Positions 1-8,220 of a stretch of 64,000 nucleotides of DNA are shown piece by piece. Position numbers and translations under genes: made by a program. The stretch comes from Verrucomicrobiia bacterium. Its GTDB lineage: Bacteria; Verrucomicrobiota; Verrucomicrobiia; Limisphaerales; UBA11358. Where the stretch lies: NCBI GenBank assembly GCA_036489615.1, contig DASXFM010000562.1:4002-68001 (forward strand), given 5' to 3'. The notes under the pieces are model-generated. The model saw only the letters and a program-made list of their open reading frames with translations. It searched no databases and was not told where the DNA came from. Within the stretch, counting starts at the first letter, position 1, and the number at the start of each line of letters is the position of its first letter.

Positions 1-634
1 GGATCGTGCCGGCATCAATCAGGCGGCCAAAAAGCTTTTTCGGAAACTTCATCGCGCCGATGATTTCCATCTCCCAATTGCGTGACCGGGGATCGAGTAG
101 TTGGCTCGTGCCGGCGATGGTTCGTTCATTGACCTGAATGCCGCTCAGAAGAAAGTGAAGCAGGTCCGGCATGAACAGCATCCGTTCCGCGCGTCCGAGG
201 TCCTTTTCTGACAGCAGTTGAAAGAGCGTATTGAAAAACATGAACTGAATGCCGGTGCGCTGGTAGATTTCTGCGCGCGGCATTTGAGTGAAGGCCTTTT
301 CCTGCATACCGTTTGTGCGGGCATCGCGATAAATAAACGGCGCGGCAAGCATCTTTCCGCCGGCATTGAGAAGACCGTAGTCAACGCCCCAGGTGTCCAC
401 GCCGGCGGATACGACGGCGTCGCCGTATTTTTTTATGGCCAGCGCGATGCCTGTCTTGATGTGGCCGAAAAGCTGATCCAGGTCCCAGTGCAGCCCGTCC
501 GACGCCTTGACCGGGTCATTGGGGAATCGGTTTAACTCGTCTATGTTGAGCCGGTTGCCGTCCCAAATTCCGGCGACAACGCGGCCGCTGCCGGCGCCCA
601 AATCAATGGCCAGGCATATTTTTGTTTTTTTCAT
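1..634 (-). CDS. rhaB: rhamnulokinase (FGGY sugar kinase), N-terminal ~211 codons; the 3' part lies beyond the window edge
   Basis: Absent from the ORF track because it runs off the window. Manual minus-strand translation from the ATG at 634-632 gives MKKTKICLAIDLGAGSGRVVAG...VDTWGVDYGLL...IYRDARTN...FMFFNTLFQLL...LFMPDLLHFLLSG, with no stop down to base 1. The ATG overlaps the DeoR stop (ATGA at 631-634). Confidence 0.85.
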   Translation of the reverse strand, partial: MKKTKICLAIDLGAGSGRVVAGIWDGNRLNIDELNRFPNDPVKASDGLHWDLDQLFGHIKTGIALAIKKYGDAVVSAGVDTWGVDYGLLNAGGKMLAAPFIYRDARTNGMQEKAFTQMPRAEIYQRTGIQFMFFNTLFQLLSEKDLGRAERMLFMPDLLHFLLSGIQVNERTIAGTSQLLDPRSRNWEMEIIGAMKFPKKLFGRLIDAGTI

Positions 635-1398
635 TTGCCTTGAGATAAAATAAATTTTGCCCCGCCCATTTTTAACGCGCGGATCACGGCCCGGGTGGGC
701 CGCTGATCCGCGATCAAGATGTCGACGTCGGACAATTTGGCGAAAAACCAGGACGATTTAACGCCAATCTTGCTGTGGTCCGCGAGCAAAATGGTTTGCT
801 CGGCAAGGTTCATCATTGTTCGTTTGAGATCGGCCTGTTCCAGGTTGGCCTCACTCAGTCCGCGATTTGGGTCCACGCCGCGGCAGGAAAAAAACGCCTT
901 TTTGACCTGGCACCGTTCCAGGCTGGCTGCGGCAAGATCGCCCTGGCAGGAAAGCGAACTGTGCCCCACAGTGCCGCCGGATAGGATAACCCGGATCGCT
1001 GGACGCCGGGCCAGTTCAATGGCGACCTTCAATGCCGGGGTCAAGACCGTCAAATCCATATTTGGAAGAAGGCGCGCCAGGTGAAAGACAGTTGAACTGG
1101 CGTCAAAAAACAGGGAATCGCCAGCGTGGATGAGGGCCAGAGCCGATTTGGCGAGAGACTGTTTCTCTTCGATGTTGGCGCTTTCACGGCTGTCCAGGGG
1201 CAAATCGCGATGGCTGTCGTTAAGGCGAACGGCGCCGCCGTGCCTGCGGGACAACAGGCCTTCGGCCTCCAGCATTTCAAAATCACGCCGCGCGGTTTCT
1301 TCGGAAATGGCGAGCGACCGCGCGGCCCTGACGGTGCTAATGGCGCCGGACTTGAGGACCATGTCCAAAATGCGCTGTTGTCTCTGGGCGGCGAGCAT
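631..1398 (-). CDS. DeoR/GlpR-family transcriptional regulator (sugar catabolism repressor type)
   Basis: 255-aa ORF. N-terminal HTH: RQQRILDMVLKSGAISTVRAARSLAISEETARRDFEMLEAEGLL. C-terminal DeoR sugar-binding-like domain. Translationally coupled to rhaB. Confidence 0.9.
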   Translation of the reverse strand: MLAAQRQQRILDMVLKSGAISTVRAARSLAISEETARRDFEMLEAEGLLSRRHGGAVRLNDSHRDLPLDSRESANIEEKQSLAKSALALIHAGDSLFFDASSTVFHLARLLPNMDLTVLTPALKVAIELARRPAIRVILSGGTVGHSSLSCQGDLAAASLERCQVKKAFFSCRGVDPNRGLSEANLEQADLKRTMMNLAEQTILLADHSKIGVKSSWFFAKLSDVDILIADQRPTRAVIRALKMGGAKFILSQGK

Positions 1399-1497
1399 GT
1401 GCTTTTTTGTAGCGGATTGGTTTTCTTTTTACTTGTTTCTGAGGCCGGCGCAAGGATAAAATCACAGAAATAACCAATTAAACACAGAAATTCAAAA

Positions 1498-3681
1498 ATG
1501 AGCTTTCAATACGTTAACGACCTGTGGAACGACACCGAAGTGGAAAAACTCTCCGGAATGGAGCGGCTGGTTTACCGGTCGAACAAACTCGGCACCGACC
1601 AGCGCATTACCAATACCGGCGGGGGGAACACTTCATCGAAACTGCAGGAGCGGGACCCGTTGACGGGAGAATCAATTGAAGTGCTTTGGGTGAAGGGCTC
1701 CGGGGGAGATTTACGGACCAGCACGCGCGAAAACTTTTCATCGCTTTACCAGTCCGAACTGATCGGCCTGCAAAAGCTGTACTCAGGACAGAAGAATAAG
1801 GGCCTCAAATCCCAGGCCGAGGATGACATGGTGGCCGCGTACAACCACTGCACGTTCAATCTGAATCCGCGAGCGCCATCCATTGATTTGCCGTTGCACA
1901 GTTTCATTCCGGCGAAGTTTGTGGACCACATGCATCCGAATGCCATTATCGCCATCGCTGCTTCGGCCAATTGCAAAAAGCTGACGAAGGAAATCTTCGG
2001 CGACGAAATGGAATATGTCGAATGGATGCGCCCGGGCTTTGAACTGGGGCTGGCGATGCAGGAAATTTGCCGGCGCAGTCCCAACGCGAAGGCCATCATG
2101 ATGGGCCAGCACGGCTTTATCTCCTGGGCGAGTGACGACAAGGATTGCTACCGGTTGACTTTGGGATTCATCGAGCGCGCGTCGCAATTCATCGAGAAGA
2201 AATATGCTGAAAAAGGCGGCGACACGGCGGCTTTTGGCGGACAGAAGTTTCGCCCGCATGAAAAGCGCAGCGAAATCTTTTCGGCGATTTTGCCGTGGCT
2301 GCGAGGAGTGGTTTCACAACAGAAGCGATTGATTGCGACGGTCCAGGACGACGAAAAGATCCTGCGATTTGTGAATTCAAAGGACGCTCCGCGGCTGGCT
2401 GAGTTGGGGACAAGCTGTCCGGACCACTTTTTGAGGACCAAAATCAAGCCGCTTTACGTGGACTGGGATGGCCAAAAGGAAGACGTCGGGGCGTTGAAGG
2501 AAAAAATCTCCAAAGCCGTGGCGCAGTATCGGAAGGATTACGCGGCTTATTATGAGAAGCACAAACGCGCGAATTCGCCCCTGATGCGCGATGCAAACCC
2601 GTCGGTCATTCTGATTCCGGGCCTGGGCATGATTGCCTGGGGCAAGGACAAGAGCGAATCGCGGGTAACGGCGGAATTTTATAATTGCGCCGTGGAAGTG
2701 ATGCGAGGCGCGGAGGCGATCGACCAATACGTGTCGTTGCCCCAACAGGAAGCGTTTGACATCGAATATTGGCTGATGGAGGAAGCGAAACTGAAGCGGA
2801 TGCCGGCGGAAAAAGAACTGGCGCGCCAGGTAATTATTGTGGTGGGAGCGGGCTCGGGTATTGGCCGGGAAACCGCTCACCGGCTGGCTCGAGAGGGCGC
2901 GCACATTGTGTGTGTGGACCTGAATGAAGCCGCGGCGCGCGCTACCGCAAAGGAGATTACCGACAAACTGGGGGCGGGAATTGGGGTGGCCGGAACGGGA
3001 ATCTCAAATTGCGGTCCGGCGATTGGGCTGGCCTGCGACGTCACCCAGCGCGCAAGCATTCGCAAGATGCTCGACCAAACTGCGCTCGCTTACGGCGGGT
3101 TTGATTCTATTTGCGTGACGGCGGGTATATTCGTGCCCAGCGACACGACGGGTCATATCCCTGATGAAAAATGGGATTTAACCTACAAGATTAACGTGAC
3201 CGGAAGCTATCTGGTGGCTGACGAAGCGGCGAAGACGTGGAAGGAGCAGAATCTGAAGGGCTGTTTGGTTTTGACGACCAGCGCCAATGCGGCGGTGGCC
3301 AAAAAGGGTTCCTTGGCCTATGACACTTCGAAAGCCGCGGCGAACCATTTGGTGCGGGAATTGGCAATCGAGCTGGCGCCGTTGGTGAGAGTGAATGGCG
3401 TGGCCCCGGCGACGGTTGTTCAAGGTTCAGCGATGTTCCCACGCGATCGCGTCATCGGATCGCTTGCCAAATATGGAATTCCATACCAGGACGATGAGCC
3501 GACGGACTCTCTCGTGAATAAGCTGGCGAAATTCTATGCGGACCGCACGTTGACGAAAGCGCCGATAACGCCGGGTGACCAGGCTGAGGCGTATTTTCTA
3601 TTGGTTTCGCAGCGATTGAGCAAGACCACCGGGCAGGTCATTACGGTAGACGGCGGACTGCACGAGGCGTTTTTGAGGTAG
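1498..3681 (+). CDS. bifunctional rhamnulose-1-phosphate aldolase / short-chain dehydrogenase
   Basis: 727-aa ORF. The N-terminal class II aldolase-like half is fused to a C-terminal SDR (VVGAGSGIGRETA Rossmann motif, YDTSKAA catalytic Y-x3-K). Divergent from the DeoR-rhaB pair. Confidence 0.85.
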   Translation: MSFQYVNDLWNDTEVEKLSGMERLVYRSNKLGTDQRITNTGGGNTSSKLQERDPLTGESIEVLWVKGSGGDLRTSTRENFSSLYQSELIGLQKLYSGQKNKGLKSQAEDDMVAAYNHCTFNLNPRAPSIDLPLHSFIPAKFVDHMHPNAIIAIAASANCKKLTKEIFGDEMEYVEWMRPGFELGLAMQEICRRSPNAKAIMMGQHGFISWASDDKDCYRLTLGFIERASQFIEKKYAEKGGDTAAFGGQKFRPHEKRSEIFSAILPWLRGVVSQQKRLIATVQDDEKILRFVNSKDAPRLAELGTSCPDHFLRTKIKPLYVDWDGQKEDVGALKEKISKAVAQYRKDYAAYYEKHKRANSPLMRDANPSVILIPGLGMIAWGKDKSESRVTAEFYNCAVEVMRGAEAIDQYVSLPQQEAFDIEYWLMEEAKLKRMPAEKELARQVIIVVGAGSGIGRETAHRLAREGAHIVCVDLNEAAARATAKEITDKLGAGIGVAGTGISNCGPAIGLACDVTQRASIRKMLDQTALAYGGFDSICVTAGIFVPSDTTGHIPDEKWDLTYKINVTGSYLVADEAAKTWKEQNLKGCLVLTTSANAAVAKKGSLAYDTSKAAANHLVRELAIELAPLVRVNGVAPATVVQGSAMFPRDRVIGSLAKYGIPYQDDEPTDSLVNKLAKFYADRTLTKAPITPGDQAEAYFLLVSQRLSKTTGQVITVDGGLHEAFLR

Positions 3682-3700
3682 CCGCTTGCATTGGCCATCC

Positions 3701-3810
3701 ACCCGCAGGGCAGATACCCTACCCGCCAATCAGGGCCGGCATCAAGCCGCCCATTTGACTGCGCGCCGTTTGCGCGCAGAACTGGCAGGTGGGGTGCGTG
3801 TCCTGCGGGT
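3701..3810. repeat. nested imperfect inverted repeat in a convergent intergenic region (possible bidirectional terminator or REP-like element)
   Basis: Outer arms at 3701-3727 and 3784-3810 (ACCCGCAGGGCAGATACCCTACCCGCC versus the reverse complement ACCCGCAGGACACGCACCCCACCTGCC). Inner perfect 8-bp hairpin CTGCGCGC-CGTTT-GCGCGCAG at 3759-3779. No clear U-tract. Confidence 0.4.
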
Positions 3811-3814
3811 CGAA

Positions 3815-5203
3815 TTACCCCTTCGCTCCTTTGGCGAGTTCTACGCCCGGCCTGACGATGCCGAGTTTTTCCATTAATTCGTAAATTGTCGGCCGGCTTA
3901 AACCAAGTTCCGCCGCGGCAGGGGCAATTTTACCGGAGTATTTTCGCAACGCCTGCTGTATCAATTGCCGTTCGACTGCTTCACGGGCATCTTTGATGGT
4001 TACAGCGCCATTGATGTCAATGCCGCCCGCGTTGAGTTCCAGGTCTCGAGCGGTGACGCGCTTGCCTTCGGCGAGGATGACAGCGCGGCGGATGGAGTTT
4101 TCCAATTCGCGGACGTTTCCGGGCCAGGTATGTTTATTCAAGGCGCGCAAAGCGTCCGCGTCAAAAGCAAGGCTGGCTTTGCCGGCTTCGGTGGCGAACC
4201 GGTGAAGGAAGAATTTGGCCAGTAATAGAATGTCCTCTTCGCGCTCGCGCAACGGAGGCAATGAAATCTGCACCACGGCAAGCCGATAAAATAAGTCCTC
4301 TCGAAAGGCGCCGGAGGCCATATTCTTTTTTAAATCCGCGTTGGTGGCGGCAATCACCCGGACGTTCACATGGATTTCCTCGCGGCCGCCAACGCGTTCG
4401 ATCGTTTGGTCCTGCAAAAACCGGAGCAGTTTGACTTGCAGGGTAGGGGGCATCTCGCCGATTTCATCCAGGAACAATGTGCCGCCGTTCGCGACCTCGA
4501 TGCGTCCCTGGCGCTGGACGTGCGCGCCGGTGAAAGCGCCGCGTTCGTGTCCGAATAACTCGCTCTCCAAAAGGTTTTCGGGAATGGCGCCGCAGTTGAT
4601 GGCCACAAAAGGACCCTTTTGGCGGTCGCTCTTTCTATGGACGGCGCGGGCCACCATTTCTTTGCCTGTCCCGCTTTCGCCTAAAATCAGGACGGGGGCG
4701 TCTGTGGTCGCCACTTTGCGGATCATTTCAAAGACGGGCCGTATCCGGGCGCTGTTGCCGAGAATGCCTTCGAACGATTCACCGGCGCCGACCAGATTTT
4801 GCAGTTCGGCAAATTCTCTCTCCAATTGAGAGACGTGGAAGCAGCGCTTCAAGAGATGATTCAATTCGTCCATTTCGATGGGTTTGCACAGGAAGTCGTA
4901 GGCGCCGCCGCCGATGGCCCGAAGCGCAATTTCCTTTTCGTTTTGTCCGGTAATAACGATGACTTTGGCAAGCCGGTCCACCGCGAGGATATCCGACAAG
5001 GCGGCGAGACCTTCGGTCGGAGTGCCGGGATTCGGAGGCAGGCCGAGATCCAGGAGGACGCCGGATGGTCTTTCGTTGCGAAAGGTTTCGATCGCCGTGA
5101 GGCGATCTGAGGCGAGGACGACGTCGTAGTCGGTGGAGAGCGCCCATTTCATTTGGGCGCGAATTTCCTCGTCGTCGTCAACTATGAGCAATTTCGTATT
5201 CAT
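3815..5203 (-). CDS. prsR: sigma-54-dependent response regulator, PEP-CTERM-box type (PrsR-like)
   Basis: Receiver domain (LLIVDDDEEIR...DLGLPP), AAA+ sigma-54 activator core (GESGTGKE, GAFTGA loop region ERGAFTGA) and C-terminal HTH. The start is set at the internal ATG (5203, MNTKLLIVDDD). It overlaps the prsK stop by 26 nt. Confidence 0.85.
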   Translation of the reverse strand: MNTKLLIVDDDEEIRAQMKWALSTDYDVVLASDRLTAIETFRNERPSGVLLDLGLPPNPGTPTEGLAALSDILAVDRLAKVIVITGQNEKEIALRAIGGGAYDFLCKPIEMDELNHLLKRCFHVSQLEREFAELQNLVGAGESFEGILGNSARIRPVFEMIRKVATTDAPVLILGESGTGKEMVARAVHRKSDRQKGPFVAINCGAIPENLLESELFGHERGAFTGAHVQRQGRIEVANGGTLFLDEIGEMPPTLQVKLLRFLQDQTIERVGGREEIHVNVRVIAATNADLKKNMASGAFREDLFYRLAVVQISLPPLREREEDILLLAKFFLHRFATEAGKASLAFDADALRALNKHTWPGNVRELENSIRRAVILAEGKRVTARDLELNAGGIDINGAVTIKDAREAVERQLIQQALRKYSGKIAPAAAELGLSRPTIYELMEKLGIVRPGVELAKGAKG

Positions 5204-7301
5204 GGTTTTGATTGACGGGCAAAAAGACACGAAAGGTGGTGCCTTTGCCGGTTTCACTTTGGACTTCGATTTTGCCGCGATGCGCCTCGACGATCATCTT
5301 GCTTTGAAACATTCCGATGCCGAGGCCGTTCTTTTTTGTGGTTTGGAATGGACGGAACAGGGATCGATTCAGGAATTCGCTGTTCATGCCGCAGCCGTTG
5401 TCCGAGACGGAAAGCACGGCCCATCCATTGATCTGGCTCGTGGCCACGTGAATGGGTTCATCAACGGGGGACGCTTCCTGGGCGTTGAGCGCGAGGTTGG
5501 TCAGGACTTTGAGCAATTGTTCGCGATCAAAGAACAACTTCGGCAATGGTTGTAATTCTTTGACGAGATTGGCGCCGGAATTTTTTCCAAATTCGGTGAG
5601 AGACCTGGAGATCCAGTCGTTGAGGTCGCCTTCCGTGGGCGCGATTTTCAGCTCGTGCCGCAGGAGGGTCAGCCGGTGGATCAGGCGGTTGATATGAGTG
5701 ACGGATTTTGAGATGCCGCGCAAAGCGTCTTCCCGAAAGGCGGGATCGTCGAAGTGGACGGGCAAATTTTTAAGCATCAGGTTGAGCGTGGACGCAGCAT
5801 TTTTCAAATCATGAACGAAAAATGCGGACATGGTCTGGAAGGCCTCCAGTTCCTTCGCCTGCAATAGTTTTTTGGAGAGATGGGCATTCAGAAGGCTGGC
5901 GGCAATTTCATCGGCGACACATTTGAGCAGGTCGAGGTCCTGTCCTGAAAAGGAGACTCCGCCGATGCGGTCGCCCAGGATAATCAGGCCGAGCAAATTG
6001 CCGCCGACGGCCAGGGGCGCGCACACGCGGCGACCGCCCCTCGTAAATTCCGCGGGATGAATTTTCTTGAGGGTCGCGGCAGATTTTTCGCGGGAGAGAT
6101 CAATATCGAAGGGGGCGGATTTTTGCCTGAGCGCGGAGAGCAATTCGCGCACGTCGTCTTTGTCATGGTTTGATTCGCCGGCCCTGGGGCCCGGCAAAGA
6201 CGTTGAGGCGGCAAATTCGAGCTGCTCGCCGTTTTCGTCCACGAGCCAAATCGTAACGGACAACGTGTGAAAGATATTGGCGGTGAATTTGACGGTGGCA
6301 TGGGCCAATTCACCGGCGCTGACGCAGGAGGCGGTGCTTTCGGTAAATTTTCGCCACAGGTCGCGGTAATCATATTGCGGGCGTTGGAAATGACGGCTGA
6401 TAAAGCGGGCGGACCAAAGACGGACACGGTCTGAGAGCAGCAAAACAGTCAGCAATACGAGGGCGACGAGAACGAAGAAGGCCTTGGCTGCGAACGCATT
6501 GTCTCCGCCCAGGAAAGCGACGACATTGGCAAAAATGCCGATGACAAACAGGTAGATTCCCGTAAGCAGCGCGGTCAGGGAGTTTTGGAGGAGGGAATGC
6601 GATGGATAAATATCCACGTCAAAATGGCCGGTTCGAAACAAGGAACGTGAAATCAGCGCACAGGAGGCGAACAAGGCGACGCTATTGAGGATTTGCAATG
6701 GGAGATCCACGGCATGGAACAAGAGGGCCTGGCTGGCGCCGTAGCAACGGACGGCGAACAAGAGGCCTAACCCGACGATCATGAATTTGATTCGCCAACG
6801 CATCGTACCGACCGCTGAGCGAAATGTCCGTTCCAGGTTCATCAAGACCAAAACCGCGCCGGCGAGGAAAAGCAGGTTTAATGTTACGCCGGATTCCCGG
6901 AGCACGAAGATTCTGTGGCCGTTGGCCAAACGAACCCCTGAGATCAAATGGCTGTGAAGCAGCATTGCCAGCCCAATCGGAATCAAAAAGGCCGCTATTA
7001 GAATGAAGCGCCAACGGCGCAGAAAATCGCGATAATTTCCACGGCCGTAGCTCAGGCTGAAAAAGAGCCATGTTCCCGGAAGAAGGGACATAGCCACCAG
7101 GCGGCATTGTTCCCAAAAAACTTGTTCTTCGGGATAGCGGGCATCAATCGCGAGCCCGTTGAAAACGCTTTCTACCGAAAGCGCGAACATGCCGGTGGCA
7201 AACGAACGATGGGCCGTGCGGCGGCCGCGCCAGGCGACAGCAAACGCCAAAATCCCGCTGAAGAGTGCGGCAATAAAGGCGATGAGAGAAGTAATATCCA
7301 T
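5178..7301 (-). CDS. prsK: PEP-CTERM system sensor histidine kinase (PrsK-like)
   Basis: 707 aa. Polytopic N-terminal membrane region, GAF-like middle, HisKA (FFVHDLKNAAS) and HATPase_c (DNGCGM...GLGIGM). Directly upstream of and overlapping prsR. Confidence 0.85.
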   Translation of the reverse strand: MDITSLIAFIAALFSGILAFAVAWRGRRTAHRSFATGMFALSVESVFNGLAIDARYPEEQVFWEQCRLVAMSLLPGTWLFFSLSYGRGNYRDFLRRWRFILIAAFLIPIGLAMLLHSHLISGVRLANGHRIFVLRESGVTLNLLFLAGAVLVLMNLERTFRSAVGTMRWRIKFMIVGLGLLFAVRCYGASQALLFHAVDLPLQILNSVALFASCALISRSLFRTGHFDVDIYPSHSLLQNSLTALLTGIYLFVIGIFANVVAFLGGDNAFAAKAFFVLVALVLLTVLLLSDRVRLWSARFISRHFQRPQYDYRDLWRKFTESTASCVSAGELAHATVKFTANIFHTLSVTIWLVDENGEQLEFAASTSLPGPRAGESNHDKDDVRELLSALRQKSAPFDIDLSREKSAATLKKIHPAEFTRGGRRVCAPLAVGGNLLGLIILGDRIGGVSFSGQDLDLLKCVADEIAASLLNAHLSKKLLQAKELEAFQTMSAFFVHDLKNAASTLNLMLKNLPVHFDDPAFREDALRGISKSVTHINRLIHRLTLLRHELKIAPTEGDLNDWISRSLTEFGKNSGANLVKELQPLPKLFFDREQLLKVLTNLALNAQEASPVDEPIHVATSQINGWAVLSVSDNGCGMNSEFLNRSLFRPFQTTKKNGLGIGMFQSKMIVEAHRGKIEVQSETGKGTTFRVFLPVNQNHEYEIAHS

Positions 7302-7328
7302 ATGCCGTGAGAAATTCTATGGATGCGC

Positions 7329-7361
7329 AAAAAAAGAATTTTTGGGCGGAGAATTCCGCCC
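7329..7361 (-). terminator. intrinsic terminator-like hairpin downstream of the small PEP-CTERM gene
   Basis: GGGCGGA (7344-7350) pairs with TCCGCCC (7355-7361). A/T runs flank both sides; the minus-strand RNA reads hairpin then AAAAAUUCUUUUUUUGCG. Confidence 0.55.
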
Positions 7362-7389
7362 AAAAATCCTGTAACTGATGCCAGTTCGC

Positions 7390-7992
7390 TTAGGCGAACA
7401 TCTGTTTCTTCACCAGACCAAGTCCGAGAACGCCGAGTCCCAACAACATAGCAGTCGTGCCGCCATCCGGGACAGTCGAAGAGCCGATTGTTCCGTCAGC
7501 CACCTGGAACGAGAAGGTGCCATCCGCGCTTGGGTCGCCCGCGGCGAATTCCCAGGTCATCGCTTCCGGGCTCTGACCGTTACCCATGATCGCGCCGATC
7601 CCGGTCACGAGAACGCCGCCGACGGCCACGCCACCTTGTTCGGTGGTGCCTTGATACGCAATGTGTGATGAGGTCAGATCGAAGGTAAAGCCTCCGACAC
7701 TCCACAGGCTGGATACGGCTCCCGAGTTAAAGAACCACGGAGCGGTGAAATCCGCCGTTGTGCCAGGGGCAATTCCCGAAAAACTTCCGGAATCGCTGAT
7801 GACGATCGGCATTCCCGTTCCACCCGGACCGGTCCACGAAAGAACTTCCGTGGCTGTTGCAGCCGAAGATGAATCCAATGTAGCCCCGCCGGCGAACGTG
7901 ATGTCACCCGAGATTGGGAGCGCCTGAGCGATCCCGCCTGCCCCACAGACGGCCATTGCGACCGCCGACATTATTAACAATTTGCTTTTCAT
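7390..7992 (-). CDS. small secreted PEP-CTERM-domain protein (VPDGG variant of the sorting signal)
   Basis: 200 aa. N-terminal signal peptide MKSKLLIMSAVAMAVCGAGGIAQA and a Gly/Ser/Thr-rich body. The C-terminus is VPDGGTTAMLLGLGVLGLGLVKKQMFA: motif, hydrophobic helix, then basic residues. Confidence 0.85.
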   Translation of the reverse strand: MKSKLLIMSAVAMAVCGAGGIAQALPISGDITFAGGATLDSSSAATATEVLSWTGPGGTGMPIVISDSGSFSGIAPGTTADFTAPWFFNSGAVSSLWSVGGFTFDLTSSHIAYQGTTEQGGVAVGGVLVTGIGAIMGNGQSPEAMTWEFAAGDPSADGTFSFQVADGTIGSSTVPDGGTTAMLLGLGVLGLGLVKKQMFA

Positions 7993-8050
7993 ATTTTAAC
8001 TTTCCTTTTTGTTTCTCCTTGTATTTTGCAATCGTCAGTTTTTTACTTTA

Positions 8051-8065
8051 GCATCAGAAGTGCCA
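8051..8065 (-). promoter_or_regulatory. sigma-54 (-24/-12) promoter candidate for the PEP-CTERM gene
   Basis: The minus strand reads TGGCACTTCTGATGC. This is TGGCAC-N5-aTGC against the consensus TGGCAC-N5-TTGC, with GG and GC at canonical spacing. It lies about 60 nt upstream of the ATG at 7992 and next to the sigma-54 activator prsR. Confidence 0.6.
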
Positions 8066-8220
8066 TCGATTTTGTGCGGGAATTTCAGGGGATATAAGGG
8101 TCGAACCGTAAGTTTTTCCGACGCGTTTCACAAAGATTTTCATTTTCCCTTTGATTCCCGGTCAATCCGGTGATTCGGAATGTGTCAAATTGGCCGACGC
8201 TTTGTATCGTTGGAACCGGA

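Noticed and set aside
3686-3877. 63-aa plus-strand ORF in and beyond the convergent gap.
   Set aside because: It spans the inverted-repeat element and then runs antisense into prsR. It has no start context or domain.
5204-5257. Longer 5' extensions offered by the ORF track (also 30952-31128, 33262-33360, 37229-37321, 42896-43027, 48124-48201, 54605-54673, 20131-20235, 21180-21221, 25520-25591 and 27429-27482).
   Set aside because: In each case an internal ATG starts exactly at the conserved N-terminal motif or signal peptide (for example MCGICG, MNTKLLIVDDD, MRKAILLL). The extension overlaps the upstream gene or begins with a non-ATG codon.
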